From the NCBI GenBank assembly GCA_010909165.1, contig MU008199.1:638248-702247 (forward strand): a DNA stretch of 64,000 bases, given 5' to 3'. This DNA comes from Anthoceros angustus (Eukaryota > Plantae > Anthocerotophyta). This document shows positions 26,190 through 39,100 of the stretch, one piece after another. The notes beneath the pieces are model-generated. The model searched no databases. It saw only the letters and a program-made list of their open reading frames with translations, and was not told the origin of the DNA. Every line of letters begins with the position of its first letter. The stretch's first letter is position 1. A program made the translations under genes and the position numbers.

Positions 26190-27257
26190 ATATGGTAATA
26201 ATTTATTAAGGGGAAAAAAGTAGCCATTCAAGCCCATCTTGCAGGGGACAACCAAGGGGGACCCCGAGGGTCAAGGTGAAAGGGAGCGACTAAGCTCCCT
26301 AAGTATAGTCACCTATTGCTCCCATAATGTCATATGCAGGAAAAACAAACGGCTTGCAAACCACAGAGGAAGAGGAAGAAGCGTTACCTGCGGTTGCCGC
26401 TTTGTGAAAAATTGTCGTCGAGAGGGCCCTTTGAGGGGCAATTGAAACTCACTGTCTGAAGTATGCAATGAAGTAGGAAAGAGACAGCCCCGCGCCGTGC
26501 TTGCGGGCGTGGTAAGCTTTGGCGCAGGACTTCGAAAATTTATCGAAGTCCTCGGCCATCGCCCCATACTTTTCAAGTGCGAGTGGAATAAAGAGGTGGC
26601 CTGCTTGCATCTCGCTATACTTCCTGATCTTGAGAGTCGCTGCTCCGGCACCAGCCCAACCTGAGCAGTTAATGAGGGCTTGAGCAGAGATGGTGTCTCG
26701 CAAGGTTCAATTACCATCACATCCGCCACCAAAACCTGGTCGCCACGGACAAGGTACAAGTCAACCCTCATTGAGCAACTTGTACGAAGAGTGTACCTCC
26801 ACTCCCTCAAAGCCATGTAGCCGCTTTTGCGAGCTATAGCAACCAAGACATCGCGGACGGTATCGTGGATGGTGATGCGATGACCCTCATGGGGACAACA
26901 AGCAAGGTGTACTCGAGAGTCATCGAGGGCAGGGTAAGGAGGGAGGAAGCCACAGGCTGGAGCAGGACAAGAAGGAAACGCATCGTAGTAGTGAAAGTGG
27001 TTGGTGCAATATGAAAACCCTGTATGCATGGACAAGCCAGTAGCCAAGCACCAGCGCCCTTCCCAGAACAAGAGTGAAGCCAAGCTTTGGTGGACCTGGA
27101 GATGAAGGAGTCCAAGAGGACGGACTAGAAAGCCTTCTGCTGCTGGCCAAGCTGCTTCTCAAGCAACGACACTTGCACCCCCTGAAACCATCGGTGATAA
27201 ATATCAAAAAAAAGAGGGAATTCCCTCCGAGCATCCGTAGATAACATATCCCTCACC
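26190..27257 (-). mobile_element. CRE-like non-LTR retrotransposon copy 2, 3' part (zinc knuckle + restriction-like endonuclease)
   Basis: LHSCSGKGAGAWLLACP, CPAPACG..LDDSRVHLACC...HDTVRD...RVDLYLVRGDQVLVADVMV, KIRKY...FIPLALEKYGAM. AATAAA on the minus strand near 26205. Confidence 0.85.
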
Positions 27258-27518
27258 TGAAGGATCGTGTGGCAGCCCATGATGGTGGATAGAGGAGAGG
27301 AGAGAAGGAGGCAAGAGTAGCTCTCTCACCTTGAGATGAGGCTTGCAGGGTATTTATACCCTCCAATAGGGCTCCCTAGGAAGCTCCACAAAAAGCCCTA
27401 AGAAGGAGCACAAGAAGCTTCCTGGTAATTAGCTTAAGCTAAACTAATGATACTTAACTGACACCTAACTTAGACTAAGTGTATTAGTCTAAGTACATTG
27501 GGCTTTAATACCCTTACA
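27258..27518 (-). repeat. 3' LTR of copia 1
   Basis: TGAAGGAT...TAATACCCTTACA; matches 33236-33489. Confidence 0.92.
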
Positions 27519-28410
27519 ACCTCCCACTTAAAGGCCAATTTACCTTCGTGAAGAATGGACTATCTCATGCCCATCGTGTCCGAGCTTGTGCAAATTGCTC
27601 GTAGAGTCCCTTGGTAAGAATATCTGAGGTTCGGTGGTGTGAACCTTGACAAGTTGTACCCTCTTGTCGTCCAACACCTCTCGAATGAAGTGATACTTCG
27701 CATCCACATGTTTAGTCTTCGCATGAAACACTTGGATTCTTTGCCAATTGGATAGCACTGCTATCACAATGCAACACCGGCACTCAACCTTGATCCCCAA
27801 GTCTCCCACTAAACGAGCAAGCCATATGGCTTCCTTGCAAGCCTCGCCGCAACATACTCGGCCTCTGTGGTAGATAGCGAATGCACGATCGCAAACGAGA
27901 TCGCCATGAGGCGCCCCTCAGTGCACATGAAGACATAACGATGTGGACCTCCTTTGTCCATATCCCAGCATAATCGCATCGTGTACCCAACCACACATGC
28001 ATCTTCACTACCAAAACATATGCACAAAGCTTTTGTACCATTCGGATACCTCATAACTCCTTTCCTCCCAATGCTTCTTGCCGTGGTTTGACATAAACCG
28101 CTAACCACTCCACGCAAAGGCAATGTCGGGACGTGTAGCAATCATTGCATACATCAAACTCCCTACATGATGAGTATGGGACCTTCTCCATTTCACTTTG
28201 TCCTCCTCGAGCTTGGGCAATCCGGCTTGAAAGTTTCACATATGGAGGCAATGGGTACCCAATGGCTTCCCTTCTCCATGTTGAAGCGTTGAAGCACCCT
28301 GTTAATGTATTGCGAGACAAATAAAGCGGGCTTATGCATTCCGGAATCGCATGCCAAGTATATGGCCTCTCCCAAGTCTGTCATTTCAAAGTGAGCATTC
28401 AACTTTGACT

Positions 28411-28848
28411 TCAACAAATCTCATCATCTTGTTCAACAATTAGCATATCATCCACATAGAGGATCAAAATGAGCAAGCTTTGATCCTTAGCTTGCTTTGT
28501 ATAGAGGCAATGATCCTCATCGCTACGTTTGTAGCCTTGAGAAAGCATAAATGAGTGGAACTTGTGATACCACTCTCTGGGTGCCTGTTTCAAACCATAA
28601 AGGCTCTTCCTCAACCTGCACACCAGATGCTCTTTGCCCTTCTCAACAAAACCTTCTGGTTGCTGCATGTAGACGTCCTCTTGAAGGTCACCATGCAAGA
28701 ATGCCGTCTTGACATCCATCTGTACAAGTTCCATATCATTCCTGGCAACCAAAGCAAGAACACATCGCAAAGTTGTCATTTTGACTACTGGTGAGAAAAT
28801 CTCATCAAAGTCAATGCACAGTTGTTGCTTGAAACCCTTAGCAACCAA
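28411..28848 (-). pseudogene. Copia 1 reverse transcriptase core ORF fragment
   Basis: VAKGFKQ...FSPVVKMTTLR...QMDVKTAFLHGDLQEDVYMQQPEGF...SLYGLKQAPREWY...LYVDDML. Confidence 0.92.
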
Positions 28849-29621
28849 TCGTGCCTTGTACTTTGGTTTGCCATCAAGGTATGACCTTCATCTTGTACAC
28901 CCATTTGCAGTGGTGCCTTCTTATCCTTAAACGAACCAACTCCCAAGTTTGGTTCTTATGCACAATTCATTTCGATCGCATGGCCTTCTCCCACTTCTTT
29001 GTTACTCGTTGACATGGCCTCTTTGTAAGAAGAGGGTTCCCACAATCTGTCGGCATAACATAATCCAGATGGATCATACTGTCGGAGGTGTAATCACGAC
29101 CTCGACACGGGCACCTCTATAGGTGCTTGTTCGACTCTTGGTTCATCTATCGGTGGAGGAATGTGCTCACGCACATTACCACGGTTATCAACACCCATGA
29201 TGATCATGTCCATCTTCTTGGAAGATCACCCTTCGCACCTCCACGCTTGGAGTAGGCTTCCTGCATCTTGTTCTCATTGAAGAATACGTCGTTAGTACGA
29301 ACAACCTTTCTAGCTTCTGGATCCCATAAACGGTATCCCATCTCACCAAAATCACCATAGCCAAGAAAAATACATTTCTTGGACTTAGGTGCCAACTTGT
29401 CCCGAAACTCTTTTGGAACATGGCGGTATGCCTCACAAACACTCGCAGATGCTTGTAGGATGGTTTCTTTCCGGACCATAGCTCCTCGGAACTGCTCATC
29501 AACCTTATTAGGAGATCATTAATAAGATGAACTGCAGTGAACCGCACGCCCAAAACCCATTAGGCAATCCGAGTTTGACAACAAACTACGCATCCTCTCA
29601 CGAATGGTTCTGCTCATCCGC

Positions 29622-31916
29622 CCACACCATTTTGTGGAGGAGTATACTGCAAATAATTTTGATTCCCTTGGAATCACGTAATGACCGAAAGCTAAACATA
29701 CTCCACCATTATCCGCCCTTAGACACTTCAATCGGTGATCGATTCTCTACAAGGGTGACAAATTTCAAACACCGTAACTTCATCCTTTTTCCTCAAAGGA
29801 TAAACCCACACCTTGCGTGAGAAATCATCTATGAAAGTGACAAAATAGAGGCACCGCCTAATGATGCAAGAGGCATAGGTCCACATACATCACGAACCAA
29901 CTCAAGAGGTTTACTACTTTACCTCTTGTTCGATGTGATGATTTTGTCTGCTTCCCATATAAACAAAGGCTCACACATCGAGAGATCGAGAAGTTAAGAA
30001 CAGGATATAACCGTAACGAGATAAAACCTTCATTCCCTTCTCGAGACATATGTCCTAACCGCAATGCCACAAGGAAACATTTGGTCGTCACACGATCACA
30101 TGATCTTTTGATGTTTACAAGTGAGTACAAAGTGCCACACTCGATCCACGAGCTAACACAAGAGAACCTTTGGAGATCTTCCAAGAGTGATCCCCAAACC
30201 AGTGGTAACCAAAGATCATCCAACCGCCCCGCTAATCATGCTCTTTGTCAACTTCGAACATGCCTAACGCCCTTCAAAGATGAATGAAGATCCGTTGTCA
30301 AACTTGAGTTGCACATCACCTACGCGCGATCCGCATGCATAGTTATTTCCAAGCCTAACGCATCCTTTCCTTGTAGCATCATACGTGCTAAACCACTCTC
30401 TATGCGGAGTAACATGGAAAGATGCACCGTAGTCAATTATCCAATTGCGTAATAAATGACTATCCACGGTCAACATTGTGCAAGATTCAAGTAAGAAGAG
30501 ATAAGGACATCTCCGCCCTCGTAGTTTAACTCTTCCAACTCGATGCATAAGTCGCCTGGCCCCGCTTCTTCTCTTTCCTTGGTCCTTTTGAACTTCTCGC
30601 ACTCTCTTTGAAGTGACCCTTTGTGACAATAGTGACACTCCACATTCTTGTTACGACTACGAGATTTGCTACGAGAGAAGCTTCGTCCGGCTTCCCTTCG
30701 CAGGGACCTCCCTCTCACTATGAGGGCACCGGAACCTTTGGAAGGTTCCATGTTTTTCCTGCTCACCTCCTCGCCACACCATTTTGTGGAGGAGTATCTG
30801 GTGATCAATTCTCTTTTGATTCCCTTGGAATCACGGAATGGGAAAGCTTTCGAACATACTCCACCATTATCCGCCCTTAGACACTTCAATCGGTGGCGGT
30901 GATTCTCTACAAGGGTGACAAATTTAAAAACTCGAACTTCATCCTTTCCTCAAAGGATAAACCCACACCTTGCGTGAGAAATCATCTATGAAAGTGACAA
31001 AATAGAGGCACCGCCTAATGATGATGAGCATAGGTCCACATACATCATGTGAACCAACTCAAGAGGTTTACTCTACTTTTACCTCTTGTTCGATGTGATG
31101 ATTTTGTCTGCTTCCCATATAAGCAGTGCTCACACATCGAGAGATCGAGAAGTTAAAGGAGGATATAACGAGCGAGATAAAACCTTCATTCCCTTCTCGA
31201 GACATATGTCCCGGCAATGCCACAAGGAAACATTTGGCTTTCAACCTGAATCACATGATCTTTTGGATGTTTACAAGTGAGTACAAAGTGCCACACTTGA
31301 TCCACGAGCTAACACAAGAGAACCTTTGGAGATCTTCCAAGAGTGATCCCCAAACCAAGGTAACCAAAGATCATCCAAGCATCTGCGCTAATCATGCTCT
31401 TTGTCAACTTGAACATGCCTAACGTCCTTGACATGAATGAAGATCCGTTGTCAAACTTGAGTTGCACATCACCTACGCGCGATCCGCATGCATAGTTATT
31501 TCCAAGCCTAACGCATCCTTTCCTTGTAGCATCATACGTGCTAAACCACTCTCTATGAGTAACATGGAAAGATGCACCGTAGTCAATTATCCAATTGCGA
31601 ATAAATGACTATCCACATTAATTGTGCAAGATTCAAGTAAGAAGAGATAAGGACATCTCCGTCCTCAACGAGTTTAACTCTTCCAACTGACGAGTTCTTG
31701 TCGTCTGCTTCTTCTCTTTCCTTGGTCCTTTTGAACTTCTCGCACTCTCTTTGAAGTGACCCTTTGTGACAATAGTGACACTCCACATTCTTGTTACGAC
31801 TACGAGATTTGCTACGAGAGAAACACGTCCGGTTGCTTCCCTTCGCGTGGACCTCCCTCTCACTATGAGGGCACCGGAACCTTTGGAAGGTTCCATGTTT
31901 TCTGTTCACCTCCTCG
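29622..31916. repeat. Tandem duplication A (~1150 bp x2) inside copia 1
   Basis: CCACACCATTTTGTGGAGGAGTAT at 29622 and 30774. Both copies run to ...CACCTCCTCG (30773 and 31916). Confidence 0.9.
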
Positions 31917-32579
31917 GTTAACAGGCTACCTTCTACATTTACAATGGTAAGACCACTAGCGATTACTCGGCTGCGAAAGGTGTCCCAACTCTCCGTAATG
32001 TGACCATGAAACATAGCTCTCACGGAATGCAGGAATGTGATACCTTGAGATGAGAGCTGGCTGAAAATGGTATTGAAATCATTCGGATGATCGGACATCC
32101 TCGTCCCTTCCTTCATCTTCAAGTCCACCATGTTTCAACCAATACACCGAGAAGCCGCACTTTGCTTCTCATCAGTCCTACGACACGCATCGTAACTCGT
32201 GGTCTTATCTTTCACATTGAAGTACTGCTTTTGACAATGTTAGCATGATAGTAGATCTAGCAAGCTCATCCAGTCCCGCCACTCATCACATGTCATACTA
32301 TCCGGTTTGACGCCTAACAACTTTATGGGCTTGATGCGCTTTTCACTAGAACATTATACACTTGTTCTTTCGAGCGGGAAGTTAGTACCATCTAACTTCT
32401 CGATATTGAACATAGCGTTTTCGATGATGAAGACATCATGACTCAAAAATCGTCTGATAAAACACACTCGCCTTGTCGGAAAAGTCAAAGAAGAAAGCGA
32501 TCCGTCGGTGTGTATTTTGCGTTGACTATTCCACTGAGTATTCGCGAATATTTTACGCTCACCGCGGCACCGCAACTTC

Positions 32580-33150
32580 TGTCTGCGCGCGCGCTGCGCG
32601 CCGCGCGCGCGCTGCGCGGCCACGCGCCGCGCCCGCCGCGCCGCGCCGCGCCGCCGCGCGCGCCCGCCGCGCCCGCCGCGCCCAGCGCGCCCGCCGCGGC
32701 GCGCGCTGCGGCGCGCCGCGCCGCGGCGCGCCGCGCCTGCGGCGCGCCGCGCGGCTGCGCGCCGCGCTGCGGCCCGCGCCGCGGCGCCACCGCGCCCGGC
32801 CGCGCCGCGGCCGCGCCGCGCGCGCGGCCGCGCGCCGCCAGCGCGCGCGCCCGCCGCGGCGCGCCGCCCGCCGCGCCGCGGCGCCGCTGCCGCCGGCGCC
32901 GCGCGCGCGCCGCGCGCCGCCAGCGCGCCCCGCTCGCGGCCGCGCCCGGCCGCCGCGGCCGCCGCGCCGCGGCGCGCCGCGCCACGGCCCGCCGCGCCCG
33001 CCGCGGCCGCGGCGCTGCGCGCGCGGCCGCCGCGGCCCGCCGCGGCCCAGGCCCGCCGGCCTCCACGGCCGGCCCGCCGCCGCGGCCGCGCCGCGGCCGC
33101 GGCGCCTCGCTCACGGCCTCGCCCGCGCGCGCTGCGGCCCGCGGCTCGCG
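32580..33150. other. Almost pure C/G low-complexity block in the copia 1 leader
   Basis: Runs of GCGCGC, CCGCGC and GGCCGC with only scattered A/T, between the gag start and the PBS. Confidence 0.95.
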
Positions 33151-33235
33151 CGATCTGGATCACCGCAATTCCACGGTGCGCTCGGCTAGAAAATTCTAGC
33201 ATCACAACACAACCAAACCAAAGCTCGATACCGGT

Positions 33236-33489
33236 TGAAGGATGTGTGACCATGATGGTGGATAGAGGAGAGGAGAGGAGGAGGCAAGAGTAGCTCTCTC
33301 ACCTTGAGATGAGGCTTGGAGGTATTTATACCCTCAATAGAACTCCTAGGAAGCTCCACAAGAAGCCCCTAGGAAGGAGCACAAGAAGCTTCCTGGTAAT
33401 TAGCTTAAGCTAAACTAATGATACTTAACTGACACCTAACTTAGACTAAGTGTATTAGTCTAAGTACATTGGGCTTTAATACCCTTACA
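33236..33489 (-). repeat. 5' LTR of copia 1
   Basis: TGAAGGAT...TAATACCCTTACA, adjacent to the PBS remnant GCTCGATACC. Confidence 0.92.
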
Positions 33490-36187
33490 TCACCTGCCTT
33501 GAGGAGATTTGGAGAGGGAAGGTTTCGTCCTCCACATCAAAAACAAGATCCTCCAAAAAGAGCCTCTCATGGAGGATGAATCGATAGGCTAAAGCAGGGG
33601 CAGATATGGCCCAACTGCCCAAGAAAGCCACCGGGGAAGAACCTTCAGTGAGAATAGACCGGTGCCCCCGAATTGCACTGGCATGAACGCTTGCCAATGG
33701 GCCACATCGCCCTGTGGCACTCAAAATCCTCTGGGCCCATTATGTCCCCAAGAGTATCCATGATCTTCCTGTCAAACCCATACAGCCAAGACAGAAGAAC
33801 TGGGGACGGGGGCAGCGTGCGAATGAGGTAACCAGGGGGCCTAGCGAAACAAGAGGAAAGAATGTCGAAGGCCACCTAAGCATCCTCTTGCAAAAGGAGG
33901 TCGTCGATATGGGAGAGGCCCTCCGCCATAGTCTAGTCTAAGAAGCTCCCGATGAAGTCATGGGAACTGAAGGGGACCCCAAAATCTATAGATCCAAGGC
34001 CGGAGCAATCTCCCTAGCAGGGAAGTGCAAAGTGAGGAGGATCCCCGACAAGGACCAAACACTACACTTGGAGAGCTTGACCTTCAAGCCCACAAAGAAA
34101 GCTCATGAGAGAAGAGCTCAAAGGCCTCCTTGACCTTGTCCCCAGGCTCGAGGATGTGAGAGTCGTCTGCTAGTGAAGGGAAGACACAGTCGCGTGTAGA
34201 GGAAGTAGCCTTGGATAGGGCCCTGTAGCAAGCAATGACAAAAAGTGCACCGCCTAGAGGGTTGCCTTGCTTGGTACCTGTGACCGATTCCAAGACGGTG
34301 TGGGAGGAAAATCCCGGGGCTTACGAGATTCACCCTCTAGTGACCACACTTATCCCACTGTCGCTTAGCACATTGGGTTTCGTTCCATGGGATCTTGGTT
34401 GACAGCCGAGCACTGAAGGAAGGCATTATCCTACTTCCATATACACAACCACCCAGCCCCCTCAACAGGGAAGGCATTATCCTACTTCCCCTTAAAAGCA
34501 GCTGCACCACCTACACTGCTTGGAAAAAACACCAACCCCTGGCCTACAACAACACGACACTATCATAGGCCATGCCCCAGCGAGAGTGAGTCTACCGTGA
34601 GCACCCAGGGACCCCCTGGTTTGCACTGCGATTTTATTCTCCTTGCTAGGATAGCTAGCTCCCCATACCATTGGAGCACTTTTTCACCGCAGATCTGGGA
34701 CCCTCCCTTAGGCTCTGCCTTGGGCCTTCCGTTATTATCTACACACTAATTTCCTCCTCAACACTCCATTTCTTTGCCGTCATCAATGCTTTTCTTCATC
34801 CTACACACCTACTTACTCTCCTTCCATGATCTCTTAGTCTAACACCACCCTCCGCTCATGGATTCCAGCCTCACTGGCACAACCGCTCATGAATCAATAA
34901 GTTCTTCCTTGGCCCGGTTCTGCAATTTACACCAGACATGAGAACCTGTGAGTCTTTCCTGTAGTCTACCCTCAAAGTTCCTTGAGCATTGCCACACACC
35001 CAAAGCAAAGCACCACAGCAACCATTCACAAGGGGAGCAACTTGCGGGGTGCTTGTAGAGAGCAAGCCTCCGCCATAGTCTAGTCTAACCCATGAAGTCA
35101 TAACCAAGGGGACCCCAAAATCTATAGATCCAAGGCCGGAGCACTCTCCTAGTGGAAGTGCAAAGTGAGGAGGATCCCACAAGGACCAAACACTACACTT
35201 GGAGAGCTTGACCTGCCCACAAGAAAGCTCATGAGAGAAGAGCTCAAAGGCCTCCTTGACCTTGTCCCTGTGCCTCATGTGAGGTGACCACTAGTGAAGG
35301 GAAGACACAACAGTGTAGGAAGTAGCCTTGGATAGGGCCCTCCTACAATGACAAAAGTGCACCGCCTAGAGGGTTGCCTGCTTGGTACCACGATTCCAAG
35401 ACGGCAGGGAGGAAAATCCCGGCTTACGAGATTCACTCTAGTGACACACTTATCCCATCGTCGCTAGCACATTGGGTTTCGCTCCATGGGATCTTGCTGA
35501 TGTGAGCACCAAGGAAGGCATTATCCTACTCCATATACACAACCACCCAACCTGCGGGAAGGCATTATCCTATTTCCCCAGCAAATGCACCACCTACACT
35601 GCTTGGAAAAAACACCAACCCCTGGCCTACAACAACACGACACTATCATAGGCCATGCCCCAGCGAGAGTGAGTCTACCGTGAGCACCCAGGGACCCCCT
35701 GGTTTGCACTGCGATTTTATTCTCCTTGCTAGGATAGCTAGCTCCCCATACCATTGGAGCACTTTTTCACTGCAGATTCGGGACCCCTCCCTTAGGCTCT
35801 GCCTTGGGCCTTCAGTTATTATCTACACACTAATTTCCTCCTCAACACTCCATTTCTTTGCCGTCATCAATGCTTTTCTTCATCCTACACACCTACTTAC
35901 TCTCCTTCCATGATCTCTTAGTCTAACACCACCCTCTGCCTCATGGATTCCAGCTCGCCCTTACGGCACAACTGCCTGGGTCCGCTCATGAATCAATAAG
36001 TTCTTCCTTGGCCCGGTTGCTGTGCAATTTACACCAGACAGCGAGAACCTCCAGGGAGTCTTTCCCTGTAGTCTACCCTCAAGCCGAAAGTTCCTTGAGC
36101 ATTGCCACACACCCAAAGCAAAGCAATTCACACAGCAACCATTCACAAGGGGAGCAACTTGCAGGGGTGCTTGTAGAGAGCAAGCCC
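33490..36187 (-). mobile_element. CRE-like retrotransposon copy 2, 5'/RT part (contains duplication B)
   Basis: GTKQGNPLGGALF, VFPSLADDSHILEPGDKVK and AFLGSWAISAP. Joins in frame with 27252 once copia 1 and one TSD are removed. Confidence 0.85.
33920..36187. repeat. Tandem duplication B (~1150 bp x2) inside CRE copy 2
   Basis: CCTCCGCCATAGTCTAGTCTAA at 33920 and 35067. Both copies end ...GCTTGTAGAGAGCAAGCC. Confidence 0.9.
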
Positions 36188-36199
36188 TATTAGCTCAAA

Positions 36200-39100
36200 T
36201 GTCGCAAACTCCTGCTGCAAGCAGATTAGCTTCCAACCGGCACGAAATTCCTTCACAAGAAGCAAAGGACTCGCGAGGTGGGGAGTGCAAGACACTATGT
36301 TTTTCTTCTCAAAACCTGCCCCTTATATAGGGCTCATACATAAGGCCTCCCCTCTTACTTGTCCACTACGTTCTTCCTCCACCACTATAAACTAATAACC
36401 ATCTAAAGCCAGCATTAAAGCCACTACCCCACTTGCTTCCAGCCATCCTGACAACTAGCTTAGAAAACTCCCAAACTAGTTTGAGGTGCTTTGCGGAAGC
36501 AAATTTATGATCAAAGTTTAGTGCTTTACTAATTGATACAATTGATTACAAGTGGTGGGCTTTTATTACTGTAATAGAGAGTTGTATCTCTTGATTTCAG
36601 ATATCATAGGGTATGACCACGCTGGGTTAAGCTAAGCTAACCATAACCAACACGGTCTGTACTTCTAACTCTCCTTCTCATACTAGTTGGGTTATCTAAA
36701 TCTAAGAACTAATAATCACTTGCGGGTATTGTATAAGTACTACGGTCTTCAACTAAACTCAACTCCATGATCGTCACCGGTGTAAGTAAGATTGAAGCAA
36801 GCGGTCTACAATAGCTGTAACTTCAAGTAAGCGTTCGAGATAAGAGATCGCCTCACCAAATGTGTGGTCCAAGTGCAAAAAGGCACTGATCAACCAATCC
36901 AAGCCCTTCTCGTGGGCGTGTTTGAACTTCGCAAGGATTTTGTCGATATCGATTATTGTTTGTGGGTACGTATTATACCTTAACAATTCCTCTCTCAGCA
37001 GCGTCACAAATATAATGGTGTTGAATCTCAATATGCTTCGTGCGTGCATGAAAGACAGGATTTGCGACAAGAGCGACATATTGTCACAATTAAGCACTAT
37101 TGGCCCTTCTTGCTTCATATTCAAATCTTCACATCACTTTCTTTCCCATTCAGCCTCTTTCGTGGCTTCAGTGAGTGCTTTGTACTCGATTACATTGATG
37201 AAAGTGATATTGCAGCTTGTTTTCTACAAGACCAATTAACAAGTGGAGCCGCAAGAAAGCAATATCTTTGAGATACTTTTGGTGTCGATTTGAAGCCCAA
37301 TCGCATCGACAAAGCATGTCGATGTGCTTCTTTCCGCTAGGCTTGAAGCAGAGGCCAAAATTTGGAGTACCCATGAGGTATCGCATGATGCGCTTGAGAG
37401 CAACCTAGTGATCCTTTCCTGGATTCTCGAGCAGCAATAGCATTTATGATTTGAGATATCGTGCGGTTTGATTACTCAAGAACATGAGTACCAACTCCCA
37501 TATGATAAGGAATATTTTCCATCTCTTTCTTTTCCTGTTCAGATTGTGGACATGTAGTAGATGAAAGCTTAACACCTGCCGCACGTGCATTCTCCAAATT
37601 GAAGCGTTTTAACATACCAGCTACATATCTTCCTTGATGGAGATAGATAGCACCAGTGGTATCTCTATGTACATGCATTCCAAGAATATATTTAACTTTG
37701 CCGAGATCCTTCATCTCGAATTCTTTACTAAGGTCAGCTTTAATCTTGTTAACTAGTTCAATATTGTTGCCAGGAATAACTAAGTCATCAACATATAGTG
37801 CAACCAACACAAGGGAGCTGTCCTTGCGGAGTACGTAGATATTTGGTGTTAGCTTCACTTTGGATAAAACCTATCTTCTTGAGGTAAGAATCCATTCTCT
37901 CATGCCATAAACGTGGGCTTTGCTTTAGTCCGTAAATGGAACGAATAAGTTTACACACCTTGTTTGGGTGTTGCTCATCTTCATAGTCTTTTGGTTGATC
38001 CATATAGATCTCTTCTTGCAGATGACCATAAAGGAGAGCAATACAAACGTCAAGCTGATAAATTTACAGATTAAGCTCGACACATAAAGCCGTGGAGCAT
38101 TCTTCACTGACTTGACATGTGAATAAACCTTATCGCCTCACCAAATGTGTGGTCGGGTCCGATTCATTTCTGATCAACCAATCCAAGCCCTTCTCGATGG
38201 AAGCAATGTTTGAACTTCGCAAGGATTTTGTCGATATCTCGATTATTGTTTGTGGGTCGTGTTATAACAATTCCTCTCTGCGTCAAATATAATGGTGTTG
38301 AATCTCAATATGCTTCGTGCGTGCATGAAAGACAGGATTTGCGACAAGAGCGACATATTGTCACAATTAAGCACTATTGGCCCTTCTTGCTTCATATTCA
38401 AATCTTCACATCACTTTCTTTCCCATTCAGCCTCTTTCGTGGCTTCATTGAGTGCTTTATACTCCGATTCTGTTGATAATAGTGATATTGCAGCTTGTTT
38501 TCTACAAGACCAATTTACAGCAGTGGAGCCAGCAAGAAAGCAATACGCTGAGATACTTTTTCGACATTTTGAAGCCCAATCGCATCGACAAAGCATGTCG
38601 ATGTGACGCTTCTCTTTCCGCTAGGCTTGAAGCAGAGGCCATAATTTGGAGAACCCTTGAGGTACCGCATGAGGTGCTTGAGAGCAACCCAGTGATCCTT
38701 TCCTCGATTCTCTGAGAACTAAGCAACAGCATTTACAGTATTTGAGATATCTGGTCTGGTTTGATTACTCAAGAACATGAGAGTACCAACTCCCATATGA
38801 TAAAGAATATTTTCCATCTCTTCCTTTTCTTGTTTAGATTGTGGACAAGTAGTAGATGAAAGCTTAACACCTATGGCGCCAGGTGTGGCTGCCGCACATG
38901 CATTCTTCAAATTGAAGCGTTTAAACATACCAACTACATATCTTCCTTGATAGAGATAGATAGCTTCAGTGGTATCTCTATGTACATGCATTCCAAGAAT
39001 ATATTTAACTTTGCCGAGATCCTTCATCTTGAATTCTTTACTAAGGTCAGCTTTAATCTTGTTAACTAGTTCAATATTGTTGCCAGGAATAACTAAGTCA

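Larger units (their letters stand above)
27258..33489 (-). mobile_element. Ty1/copia LTR retrotransposon 1, full length with both LTRs, inserted in CRE copy 2
   Basis: LTRs at 27258-27518 and 33236-33489 (TG..CA, near identical). TSD TCACC at 27253-27257 and 33490-33494. PBS remnant at 33223-33232 and PPT at ~27520-27530. gag (MFNIEKLDGTNF, LKMKEG), CYHC..KG knuckle, integrase (CLRADNGG), RT (QMDVKTAFLHG, SLYGLKQAPR, LYVDDML) and RNase H (HVDAKYHFIRE). Confidence 0.95.

Noticed and set aside
26150-26230. A shared target sequence for the two CRE-like insertions
   Set aside because: GATGGTCATTGGT is not present at the 3' flank of copy 2 and its 5' junction is lost, so site-specificity is not supported from this window.
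32354-33253. Long Ala/Arg/Gly/Pro ORFs on both strands
   Set aside because: Stop codons cannot occur in an A/T-free tract, so these are a compositional artefact.
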